From: an uncultured Acidimicrobiia bacterium
GTDB lineage: Bacteria; Actinomycetota; Acidimicrobiia; Spongiisociales; ZC4RG35
NCBI GenBank assembly: GCA_964195235.1
Contig: CAXMOW010000005.1
Span: forward strand, 2,642 to 66,641
Length of the DNA: 64,000 nt
Reading direction: 5' to 3'
Both the position numbers and the translations under genes were made by a program. A model generated the notes under the pieces. The model was not told the DNA's origin and did no database searches. It saw only the letters and a program-made list of their open reading frames with translations. The first letter of the stretch is position 1. Each line of letters starts with the position of its first letter. This document shows positions 16,739 to 24,741 of this stretch, in pieces.

Positions 16739-17448
16739 CAGACGGCCTCGAGACGGCGCGGCGCCGCGGCGGGGACGCCGTCGTATTCGATCATGCCATC
16801 ACGAATCAGGACAAGACGGTCGGCTACGTTCGCGATATCTGGCTCATGAGTGACCATCACAAGCGTTTGGCCAGCATTGTGAACCTCAACCAGGAGGTCG
16901 AGGACCGAGTCGGCCGTTTCGCTATCGAGGTTGCCGGTTGGCTCATCAGCCCAGACGATTTCCGGTTCCGCTACCAGGGCACGGGCGATGGTGACACGTT
17001 GCTGTTCGCCACCAGAAAGCTCGTTCGGTCGATGGTTCATGCGGTCACTAAGACCGACACGGTCCAACATTGCAGCCGATCGTGAACGTGCCTCTTTGGG
17101 GCTGACTCCATTCACCAAAAGCGGCAACTCCGTGTTTTCCACGGCTGAAAGGACCGGGATCAGGTTGTAGGCCTGGAACACAAACCCCATGGAGGAGGCC
17201 CGGTGTCGAGTGCGTTTGCGATCGCTGAGATCGTGAATCGAATGGCCTTCGATCTCGACTACACCTTCGTCGATATCGTCGAGACCACTCAGACAATTGA
17301 GCAGTGTCGTCTTTCCGTTACCTGATGGGCCCATCACGATGACGAACTCACCCGACTCGACGTCGATGTCGACGTTCCGAAGTGCCGCGACCTCGAGGCT
17401 TCCTGATCGGTAGGTCTTGGTGACGTTTCGCGCCGAGAGGATCGGCAT
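16738..17448 (-). CDS. ABC transporter ATP-binding protein (MacB/LolD-like)
   Basis: 236 aa. Walker [10 protein letters not shown], signature LSGGEQQRV, Walker [19 protein letters not shown]. Confidence 0.92.
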   Translation of the reverse strand: MPILSARNVTKTYRSGSLEVAALRNVDIDVESGEFVIVMGPSGNGKTTLLNCLSGLDDIDEGVVEIEGHSIHDLSDRKRTRHRASSMGFVFQAYNLIPVLSAVENTELPLLVNGVSPKEARSRSAAMLDRVGLSDRMNHRPNELSGGEQQRVTIARALVAEPEIVWADEPTGNLDSETADSVLDLLVEVHNAGQTLVMVTHEPDIANVADRLVLIRDGMIEYDGVPAAAPRRLEAV

Positions 17449-17540
17449 GGTTTCTCCTCCGAATTGGGATACTTCGGTGAAGATAAGGAACGCCGAGTCC
17501 GACGCATATTGGGGAGACCCCCGGGGTCACCCTGAGCGGG

Positions 17541-17975
17541 TCAGGGGTCATGCGGGTGCAGTTGCGTGCCTGCGGTGCCCACCAACTCCATCAACACGTC
17601 CATATCGATGTCGGCCACTGTCTTGAAGCTGATCGAAGCGCTCCCGGTTTTGACCTTGCCCAGCCTGTCTTGGTACTTGGCCAAGAGGTAGCCGTCGTCA
17701 TCGACGGCGTTGACATACATGCTGATGTAGTTCTTCTGAGCCGCCAGTCCGACCATGAACCACTCGACTGGCGTGCCGCTCGCATTGGTGTATCGGAATT
17801 CTCCGTAGCCGATGATCTTCTGATCGCTGCCACCCCAGAACTTGCCCTCGAAGAGCACCCTCGATGCGTCTTTTGTCCTCGCCGTGATCTCGGTATCGAG
17901 TAACTCCATGTCGGCCCGCACACCGTCCGGGAGGGTGGCCAGATGGTCGTCAACTGACTGGGGGGATATCTCCAC
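17541..17975 (-). CDS. DUF1801 (YdhG-like) domain protein
   Basis: 144 aa. The pattern FEGKFWGGSDQKIIGYG...NYISMYV is typical of the DUF1801 family. GTG start shares a G with the upstream TAG (TAGTG). Confidence 0.65.
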   Translation of the reverse strand: MEISPQSVDDHLATLPDGVRADMELLDTEITARTKDASRVLFEGKFWGGSDQKIIGYGEFRYTNASGTPVEWFMVGLAAQKNYISMYVNAVDDDGYLLAKYQDRLGKVKTGSASISFKTVADIDMDVLMELVGTAGTQLHPHDP

Positions 17976-19435
17976 TACTGCGTCTCTTCCACAAAGTCCC
18001 GGAGATGACCTGCCAGCCGTTCCAGGGACGGAAGATGGACGTACATCATGTGCCCGGCTTCGTAATACTCCATCCGCACGTTCTCCCTCAGCTCAGGGTC
18101 GAGACCCATATGGGAGAAGGTGTACTCGGTGGCAAAGTGTGGCGTCGCCAGGTCGAAATAGCCGTTGGCGACCAGGACTTTGGTCCTCGGAGACCGTGAC
18201 ATCAGTTCCCGCATTTTCTCCGAGGTGTCGACGTAGCGGTTCTTGAAGTCCTCCATATTCCACCGCTCGTTGATCTTCATCGACATGACCTTGTAGATCT
18301 TCTCGGCCTCGAATCCGAGCTCATCTCGCAGGTAGGCGTTGAGCGCGGACGTCGCCACCGGCCCGGTCACGTCGGTACTGGGGTCGGCTTCCATGTTGTC
18401 TCCGTCTGCCACCCGATCGATGCCGGTGTACCGGGAGTCGATCCGGCCCACGGTCCGCCGCTGATCACGAAGCAGCTCCTTGCAGAATCGAATGATGTGG
18501 ATGCGGAGGTCATACCGGTCCAGGTATTCCTCATCGAGACCCGTGTACTCGGCGAGTTTGGATGCAATCTCGTTCCGGCTCGCATCGTCGAGACGATCGC
18601 CCTGCGCAAGAGCGGTCCAATATCCGCCGAGGGCGAAGCCCTCCACCTCGTCGAGCAACTCACGCAACGGCCGACCCTGGTGTTTCTCGGAGAGGGCCTG
18701 GTGGTACCAGGCGGTAGCGGCGTAGGTAGGGAGGTAGAGAGCAAAAGGAAGATCGTTTCCCGGGTGAACCATGTAGTTCTTCACGTCGATGGCCGAGGTC
18801 TGATAATTGAGAATCGTCGAGATGAAGACAATGCCGTTGAATTCGACCCCGTGAGTAGTGAGGAGGTCGTTGGCGATGGCGGCACCCCGCAACGTTCCGT
18901 AGCTCTCCCCGGCCAGATATTTGGGCGACGCCCAGCGCCCGTTGTCATTGAGATAGTGGACGATGAAATGGCTGAAAGCTTCTACATCATGTTTGAAGTG
19001 GTGAAATTCCTCCTCGTCCTTCTTCTTGACGGTAGTGCTGAAGCCTGTGCCGATGGCGTCGACGCAGACCACATCAGCCACGTCGAGAATCGAGTATTCA
19101 TTGTCGATGAGCTTGCCCTGCATGCCGACCTTGAATCCGTCGGCGTCGAACTCCATTCGCTTCGGCCCAAAAAGCCCGAGATGGAGCCATACGGTGGAAG
19201 AGCCGGGACCACCGTTGAAACAGAAGAGAATCGGACGCTGTGAGGCTTCGGTCTCATCTTGCGTATAAGACACATAGAAGAATTCGGCCTTCTTCTCATT
19301 GACTTCGAATATCTGAGTTGCCGCGGTTGCTGTGTAAGCGACCTTGGCTCCACCAAACTCGCCTTCGAACTGGCGGGTCGACCTCTGCGGCTTGACTGCC
19401 GGCTTCTTTTTCTTTTTCTTGGATTTCTTCGCCAT
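17975..19435 (-). CDS. Peptidase S10 (serine carboxypeptidase-like) with a poly-lysine N-terminus
   Basis: 486 aa. NGGPGSSTVWLHLG and the nucleophile motif GESYG. The N-terminus MAKKSKKKKKKPAVKPQ replaces a signal peptide. Confidence 0.8.
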   Translation of the reverse strand: MAKKSKKKKKKPAVKPQRSTRQFEGEFGGAKVAYTATAATQIFEVNEKKAEFFYVSYTQDETEASQRPILFCFNGGPGSSTVWLHLGLFGPKRMEFDADGFKVGMQGKLIDNEYSILDVADVVCVDAIGTGFSTTVKKKDEEEFHHFKHDVEAFSHFIVHYLNDNGRWASPKYLAGESYGTLRGAAIANDLLTTHGVEFNGIVFISTILNYQTSAIDVKNYMVHPGNDLPFALYLPTYAATAWYHQALSEKHQGRPLRELLDEVEGFALGGYWTALAQGDRLDDASRNEIASKLAEYTGLDEEYLDRYDLRIHIIRFCKELLRDQRRTVGRIDSRYTGIDRVADGDNMEADPSTDVTGPVATSALNAYLRDELGFEAEKIYKVMSMKINERWNMEDFKNRYVDTSEKMRELMSRSPRTKVLVANGYFDLATPHFATEYTFSHMGLDPELRENVRMEYYEAGHMMYVHLPSLERLAGHLRDFVEETQ

Positions 19436-19447
19436 ATTGGAGCGAGG

Positions 19448-19654
19448 CTATACGGGTTTTGGCTTTCCGTCTTCGGCAATCCAATCCTCGGTCTCTGCGC
19501 TTAGACCGTCGGCAACCCTGTTGATGTAGTTGAAGTAGGCAACCACTTGGACACAGCTGGAAATACCCTCATCGTCGACCTCAGCCCGGAGGTCGTGGAG
19601 ATGGGCGAGTGTCCAGTAATGACATTCGTTTCCTGCACGCCGTTGCGCCGCGTC
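19448..19654 (-). pseudogene. Possible remnant of a carboxymuconolactone-decarboxylase (AhpD-like) family gene
   Basis: Manual translation of a start-less open frame: DAAQRRAGNECHYWTLAHLHDLRAEVDDEGISSCVQVVAYFNYINRVADGLSAETEDWIAEDGKPKPV*. The C-terminal ..YFNYINRVADGL resembles CMD-family C-termini. An in-frame TAG lies at 19655-19657 and there is no ATG, GTG or TTG near the 5' end. Confidence 0.3.
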
Positions 19655-19716
19655 CTACTCGGGTCTCGCCACACCTGTCGTCTCGTCGTATCCGAGAACG
19701 TGAACGTGAAGCACGG

Positions 19717-20949
19717 TCAGCCGGCCAGAAACAAAGCAGGTTCTTCGAGATTTTCCATCACAAGTTCCATGAATCGACGCCCGGTGCCACCGTCGATGAC
19801 GCGGTGATCGTAAGAGATCGAAAGTGGCATCACCGGGGCGATTGCCAAGTCGCCGTCATAGACGATCGGCCTCGCTTGAGCCCGCCCGACGGAGAGAATG
19901 GCTGTCGTCCCATAGGGGACAATCGGCGTGCCATGACCGCCACCGACGGCGCCAATATTCGAAACGGTGAAGGTTTGACCGGTGAGTTCGGACAAACCCA
20001 ACGTCCGCTCCCGGGCACCTTCTCCGAGACGACGAACCTCGTCTGCGAGCTCGATCACATTCCTCGAGTCGGCATCAATTACGACTGCCACCATGAGGCC
20101 CTCTGGTGTGTCGACAGCGATCCCGATGTCGTGCGATCCATGTAACACGAGGTCGTCGCCGTCGAGTGTCGCGTTGAACTCGGGGAAAGCACTCAGCGCC
20201 GGGAGGACGCCCCGGACCACCAACGCTTCCAGAGGGATCTTGATGTCGTGACGGTCGCTCAGCGCAGCGCGGACTTCGAGCAGGCGGGTGGCGTCGACGT
20301 CGTCGAACGTTGTGACATGTGGAATCTCGGCCCAGCTCTTTGACATGTTGGCTGCGATGGTGCGACGAAGACGCGACATCTGGGTGCGAGTCTCGGCCCG
20401 AACCCCCTCCGCCTCGGCCTGCGACCGAGGCACCTCCCCCGCCGGCGCAGGGGAGGAAGGGGAAGAAACAGTTTCGGTCGCGGCTTCTACATCTTCGCGG
20501 GTTATCCGCCCGTCGGGCCCGGTTCCTGTGATGGTCTCGATATCGAGCCCGGCTTCTCGCGCCATTTTGCGAACGATGGGCAGGGCCTTCACCTTTGCGG
20601 ATGTCTCGACGACTATCTCTGAAGGTGTCTCGATGACCTCGGCTTCTTCGCTCAGGGTGCCCACAATGGGGGCAGCGTGGTCCACGAGTAGATCTTCGGC
20701 AGTCGCCTCCCCCTCTTCACCAATAACCACTAGGACCGCACCGACTGCCAGCACTTCGCCCTCTGCGCCACCGTGTTGAAGTACGACACCGGCGTAGGGC
20801 GAAGGGATCTCAACTACAGCCTTGTCTGTTTCGACTTCGACAATCGGCTGATCGGATTCAACATGGTCACCTTCGGCAACTAGCCACGTGACGATCTCGG
20901 CCTCAGTGAGGCCTTCTCCGATATCGGGGAGCCTGAACTCTCGGGCCAC
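19717..20949 (-). CDS. Dihydrolipoamide acyltransferase (E2) of a 2-oxoacid dehydrogenase complex
   Basis: Lipoyl domain (FRLPDIGEGLTEAEI..VETDKAVVEIPSP), a subunit-binding domain (ALPIVRKMAREAGLD) and the catalytic motif DHRVIDG. I set the start to the GTG at 20949, which shares a G with the E1beta TAG. The longer ORF to 21087 overlaps E1beta. Confidence 0.9.
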   Translation of the reverse strand: MAREFRLPDIGEGLTEAEIVTWLVAEGDHVESDQPIVEVETDKAVVEIPSPYAGVVLQHGGAEGEVLAVGAVLVVIGEEGEATAEDLLVDHAAPIVGTLSEEAEVIETPSEIVVETSAKVKALPIVRKMAREAGLDIETITGTGPDGRITREDVEAATETVSSPSSPAPAGEVPRSQAEAEGVRAETRTQMSRLRRTIAANMSKSWAEIPHVTTFDDVDATRLLEVRAALSDRHDIKIPLEALVVRGVLPALSAFPEFNATLDGDDLVLHGSHDIGIAVDTPEGLMVAVVIDADSRNVIELADEVRRLGEGARERTLGLSELTGQTFTVSNIGAVGGGHGTPIVPYGTTAILSVGRAQARPIVYDGDLAIAPVMPLSISYDHRVIDGGTGRRFMELVMENLEEPALFLAG

Positions 20950-21926
20950 TATCCCTCCAATGTCTTGTTGGCTGCTGTGATGATCTGATCGACACTTGGA
21001 AGGTAGTGGGCTTCGGAGCGCTTGAGCGGAAACACGGTGTCCCACCCGGTCACTCGTTGTACCGGGGCGACCAGCGAGTAGAGACACCTCTCCTGAATCG
21101 AGGCAGCTATTTCACCCCCGAGCCCACCGGTGAGCGGCGCTTCGTGAACTACTACCGCCCGTCCCGTCTTTTCGACACTCGTTGCTATTCCGTCTCGGTC
21201 AAGCGGGGACAAGGTGCGCACATCGATGACTTCTACTGAAACTCCGAGGTCTTCGAGTCTTGTCGCGGCCTCACGGGTCTCTTTCATCATCGAGCCCCAG
21301 GCGATCAGGGTCAGATCATCACCTTGACGCTCAACGCGAATCGGCCCGATTTCGGTTGTGTAGTAGATCTCTGGGATGTCTTCTTTGACCGCGCGATAGA
21401 GCCTGATTGGCTCGAGGAATATCACAGGGTCGGGATCTTCGATTGCGGCGAGAAGAAGACCCCGGGCGTCGCGTGGTGTCGAGGGGACCACCACCTTGAG
21501 GGCTGGGATGTGTGTGTAGATCGCCTCGGTCGACTCCGAGTGATGCTCAGCGGCGCCAATCCCACCGCCGTATGGCATTCGAATCACCAACGGTGCGGTG
21601 AAACGGTGGTTCGAGCGGTTCCGGATCCGAGCAACATGATTGATCACCTGGTCGTATGCGGGATACGAGAAACCCATGAATTGAAGCTCGGCTACAGGCC
21701 GCAAGCCTGCGATCGCCATTCCGAAGGCTGCGCCGACGATCCCCGACTCGGCAACCGGAGTATCAAATACTCGGCTCGCGCCATATTTGGCCAAAAGCCC
21801 ATCGGTGATCCTGAACACACCACCAGCACGCCCAATGTCTTCTCCGAGAAGCACTACTCGGTCGTCCGACCTCAACGCCGTATCCATTGCACCGGTGAGG
21901 GCCAAAGCGAGATTGACTTCAGCCAC
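20949..21926 (-). CDS. 2-oxoacid dehydrogenase E1 component, beta subunit
   Basis: 325 aa. Typical transketolase-like Pyr and C-terminal domains (GEDIGRAGGVFRIT.., DTPVAESGIVG..). Confidence 0.93.
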   Translation of the reverse strand: MAEVNLALALTGAMDTALRSDDRVVLLGEDIGRAGGVFRITDGLLAKYGASRVFDTPVAESGIVGAAFGMAIAGLRPVAELQFMGFSYPAYDQVINHVARIRNRSNHRFTAPLVIRMPYGGGIGAAEHHSESTEAIYTHIPALKVVVPSTPRDARGLLLAAIEDPDPVIFLEPIRLYRAVKEDIPEIYYTTEIGPIRVERQGDDLTLIAWGSMMKETREAATRLEDLGVSVEVIDVRTLSPLDRDGIATSVEKTGRAVVVHEAPLTGGLGGEIAASIQERCLYSLVAPVQRVTGWDTVFPLKRSEAHYLPSVDQIITAANKTLEG

Positions 21927-23025
21927 TTGCTCCCCCGGAAGCGCTCATTCGGCTCAACATCTCCTCACGAGTCGGCGCCGGGACCGACTCCGCCCACTCG
22001 ACAGCCGCCTCGATCACATCAGAGGCACTCTGCTCTATCGCGTCTTGCCACTCCTGATCCCAGCCGCCCGCCTTCTCGAGTAGAAGCCTGACTCGTTCCA
22101 ACGGATCACGATCCCTCCACATCTCGGCTTCATCGTCGTCTCGATAGCGTGTTGGATCATCTGATGTGGTGTGGGGCCCGATTCGATATGTGACGGCCTC
22201 GATGAGACTGGGACCTTCTCCGCGGCGCGCCCGCTCGGCAGCTTCTCTCACCGCCACGAGCACACCGACAACATCGTTGCCATCGACCCGAATACCAGGC
22301 ATACCGTATGCATCAGCCTTTCCTGCAATCGTCGCCGAACGAGTCTGTTCGGATGTGGGATAGCTAATCGCGTAACCATTGTTCTGGCAGAGAAACACTG
22401 TGGGTGTTTCATAAACAGCTGCGAAGTTCATTGCCTCGTGAAAGTCACCCTCCGATGTGGCGCCGTCGCCAAACGACGTGAGGGCAATGCGACCAGACTC
22501 CTGGAGTTCTTCAGCCCAGGCCAAGCCAACGGCGTGGATCATGTGCCCGCCAACGGTGATCGAAGGCGGGAGCACATTCACTCCTTCGGGGACTTCCCCA
22601 CCCCTCTCGTCGCCGGTTCGACCCAGAATGAGGAGACGCCACGGATAACCGGCCCGCCAGTTGAGCGCTGCGTCGCGATACGTTCCAGCCACCCAGTCAC
22701 CGTCGCTCAATGCAGCAGCGGCACCGATTTGTGCAGCCTCCTGACCCTGAAATGGCGCGTAGGTGGCCAACCGGCCCTGTCGCTGCATCGCAATCGACTT
22801 GGTGTCGTAAGTCCTCGCCTCGACCATGTCTGCGTACAGACCCTTCATCTCGTCAAGGGTGATCGGGAGACGGTCGCGCACCGACCCGTCTGGGTTGACC
22901 AGGCCGTACACACCAGGATTCAAATCATGGTCTGATTGGCGTGGAACGTTGTCGATTGTCTTTTGAGGGGCGCTTGGGATCAAAGCCTCGAGGCCACGTC
23001 CCAGCCCCGGTTTGCGTGTATTCAC
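21919..23025 (-). CDS. 2-oxoacid dehydrogenase E1 component, alpha subunit, with a ParB-like N-terminal peptide
   Basis: TPP-binding motif GDGATSEGDFHEAMNFAAVY..LCQNNGYAIS. The preferred start is the GTG at 23025 (AGGAG 4 nt upstream); the alternative is the GTG at 23046. The N-terminus reads (M)NTRKPGLGRGLEALIPSAPQ. Confidence 0.88.
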   Translation of the reverse strand: MNTRKPGLGRGLEALIPSAPQKTIDNVPRQSDHDLNPGVYGLVNPDGSVRDRLPITLDEMKGLYADMVEARTYDTKSIAMQRQGRLATYAPFQGQEAAQIGAAAALSDGDWVAGTYRDAALNWRAGYPWRLLILGRTGDERGGEVPEGVNVLPPSITVGGHMIHAVGLAWAEELQESGRIALTSFGDGATSEGDFHEAMNFAAVYETPTVFLCQNNGYAISYPTSEQTRSATIAGKADAYGMPGIRVDGNDVVGVLVAVREAAERARRGEGPSLIEAVTYRIGPHTTSDDPTRYRDDDEAEMWRDRDPLERVRLLLEKAGGWDQEWQDAIEQSASDVIEAAVEWAESVPAPTREEMLSRMSASGGASG

Positions 23026-23085
23026 GCCACTCCTGTATTGGCACACCGAGAGGAAGCGGCGAGCTTATACCTGATTGAAAGGCTT

Positions 23086-24702
23086 TCAGCCGGCCTCGAC
23101 AGGCTCGTCTTCTGCCTCAATGGCGGCGATTTCTTCGAATGACATATCAGGGATACGTCTGACCATGAACAAGGCAATCACGACAACCACACCGGCCACA
23201 AAGAGACCGAGGCGCAATGCCTCAAGCTGGCCCGCTTCATACGATTCCACAATCGCGTCGATTTCTTCAGAAGAGAGGTCAGTCTCTGCCAGCCCGTCCT
23301 CGAGATCGGAGGAGTTGACGAACTCGATCGAGCCGCTGAGTTCAACGCCAATCGCCTGACTCACCTCTGGTGGGATGCGAGGATCCTGTTCCACAAGGGT
23401 GACAAACGCCGAAGCGAGGGCACTGATAACGACCGCCCCAATGAGTGCTGTCCCCATTGACGAGCCAAGTTGCTGCGCAGTGTATTGAAGCCCACCTGCT
23501 TCAGACCGGTCCTTCGGGCCCACGGCGGATTGGACGACGTTGCCTAACTGTGACGCGAGAAGCCCCATGCCAACTCCCAGCAGTGCCATTGAGATCGCGA
23601 ATGCGAATCCCTCGAGAACCGGCTCGATCGTCCCAATCAGCACCACTACGGCGACCAACAAGACCCAAAGGCCGACCTTGACGATCCAACGCGGTGTTTT
23701 GGTAGCACTCATTCGGGCACCGGCGAATGACATGATGAACATCGTCACCGAAACAGGGAGCATCCTGAGACCGGTCTCGAGGGCGTCGAGGCCTTGAACA
23801 ACCTGCAAATAGAGCGGTATCGCGAAGAAGACACCCATCAGGATCAGGTTTTGAGCAAAGAACATCTGCAGACCACCCTTCAGCGGGCGAATCTCGAGTA
23901 GCCCAAGTCTGAACAAAGGGTCCTCACCCCGCGTTTCGCGGCGCTGTGTCCATCTCACGAACCCGGCGAGCACCAAGACCCCGGCACCAACTACAAACGG
24001 TGTCAGGGCAAGCCCCAGCGGTGTCACAGGCGAGCTGTTATTGGCAACCCATCCCCATTCGCTTGCCTTGAGAATTCCATAGACAAGTAGACCCAGTCCG
24101 AGTGCCGAAAGCCCAGAACCCACCCAATCGACTTCAGGCTTTCTCCCCACTCGAGCGATGTCGGTCACCCAACCAAGCAGCACGATGATCAGCAAGACGA
24201 GAACCACCTCGCCGACGAAAACGTACCGCCATGTGAAGTTGGTGGTCACCCAACCCCCGAGGATGGGGCCGACAGCAATTCCGGCGCCGGCCACACCTCC
24301 AATAACACCATAGGCAACAGCGCGATCGGCACCCTGGTAGCTCCCCGCAATCAAGGCGACTAAAGCCGGCAGGACAAGTGCCGCTCCGATTCCTTCGAGA
24401 ATCGACCAGCCCAGAAGAAGTTGCGGCACGGTCTGCGACACTGCCGTAAGGGCCGATCCCAGTCCGTAGATGATCAACCCAATCAAGAAAGCTCGTTTCC
24501 TGCCCCAACGGTCGCCAAGCTTTCCACCGGTGATCATCAAAGCCGCCATGGTCAGGGCGTAGAAAGTGATGACACCCTGGATGACAGTGACCGTTGTATC
24601 GAAATCCTCGACAAGCTGGCTGATGGAGACGTTCATCACGGCCTGGTCCAGAACCATCAAGAACTGGGCAAGCGAGAGAACGATCAGGGCGCGCCATTTC
24701 AT
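23086..24702 (-). CDS. MFS transporter, DHA2 (14-TMS EmrB/QacA-like) family
   Basis: 538 aa. About 14 predicted TM helices, with motif A-like GKLGDRWGRKR. Confidence 0.88.
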   Translation of the reverse strand: MKWRALIVLSLAQFLMVLDQAVMNVSISQLVEDFDTTVTVIQGVITFYALTMAALMITGGKLGDRWGRKRAFLIGLIIYGLGSALTAVSQTVPQLLLGWSILEGIGAALVLPALVALIAGSYQGADRAVAYGVIGGVAGAGIAVGPILGGWVTTNFTWRYVFVGEVVLVLLIIVLLGWVTDIARVGRKPEVDWVGSGLSALGLGLLVYGILKASEWGWVANNSSPVTPLGLALTPFVVGAGVLVLAGFVRWTQRRETRGEDPLFRLGLLEIRPLKGGLQMFFAQNLILMGVFFAIPLYLQVVQGLDALETGLRMLPVSVTMFIMSFAGARMSATKTPRWIVKVGLWVLLVAVVVLIGTIEPVLEGFAFAISMALLGVGMGLLASQLGNVVQSAVGPKDRSEAGGLQYTAQQLGSSMGTALIGAVVISALASAFVTLVEQDPRIPPEVSQAIGVELSGSIEFVNSSDLEDGLAETDLSSEEIDAIVESYEAGQLEALRLGLFVAGVVVVIALFMVRRIPDMSFEEIAAIEAEDEPVEAG

Positions 24703-24741
24703 GAGTTGTGACCCTAGAGACGGCTGTGGCTGTCTTGACGG

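Noticed and set aside
17516-17528. GC palindrome GACCCCCGGGGTC between the DUF1801 gene and the ABC ATPase gene.
   Set aside because: It is too short and GC-biased to tell apart from chance, and the loop would be 1 nt if folded. It could be a weak operator or terminator, but nothing else supports that.
22336-22351. CGAAC-gagtct-GTTCG inverted repeat that resembles an SOS box.
   Set aside because: The spacer is 6 nt rather than 4, and the site lies deep inside the E1alpha coding region. It is most likely a chance match.
21324-22935. Long antisense ORFs, for example 21324..22091 + and 22171..22935 +. Similar cases are 9189..10046 +, 3098..3811 +, 18497..19243 +, 49785..50552 - and 55190..55894 +.
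   Set aside because: They are typical GC-rich shadow frames opposite or overlapping strongly supported genes. They are Arg/Pro/Gly-rich, low-complexity translations with no recognisable domains.
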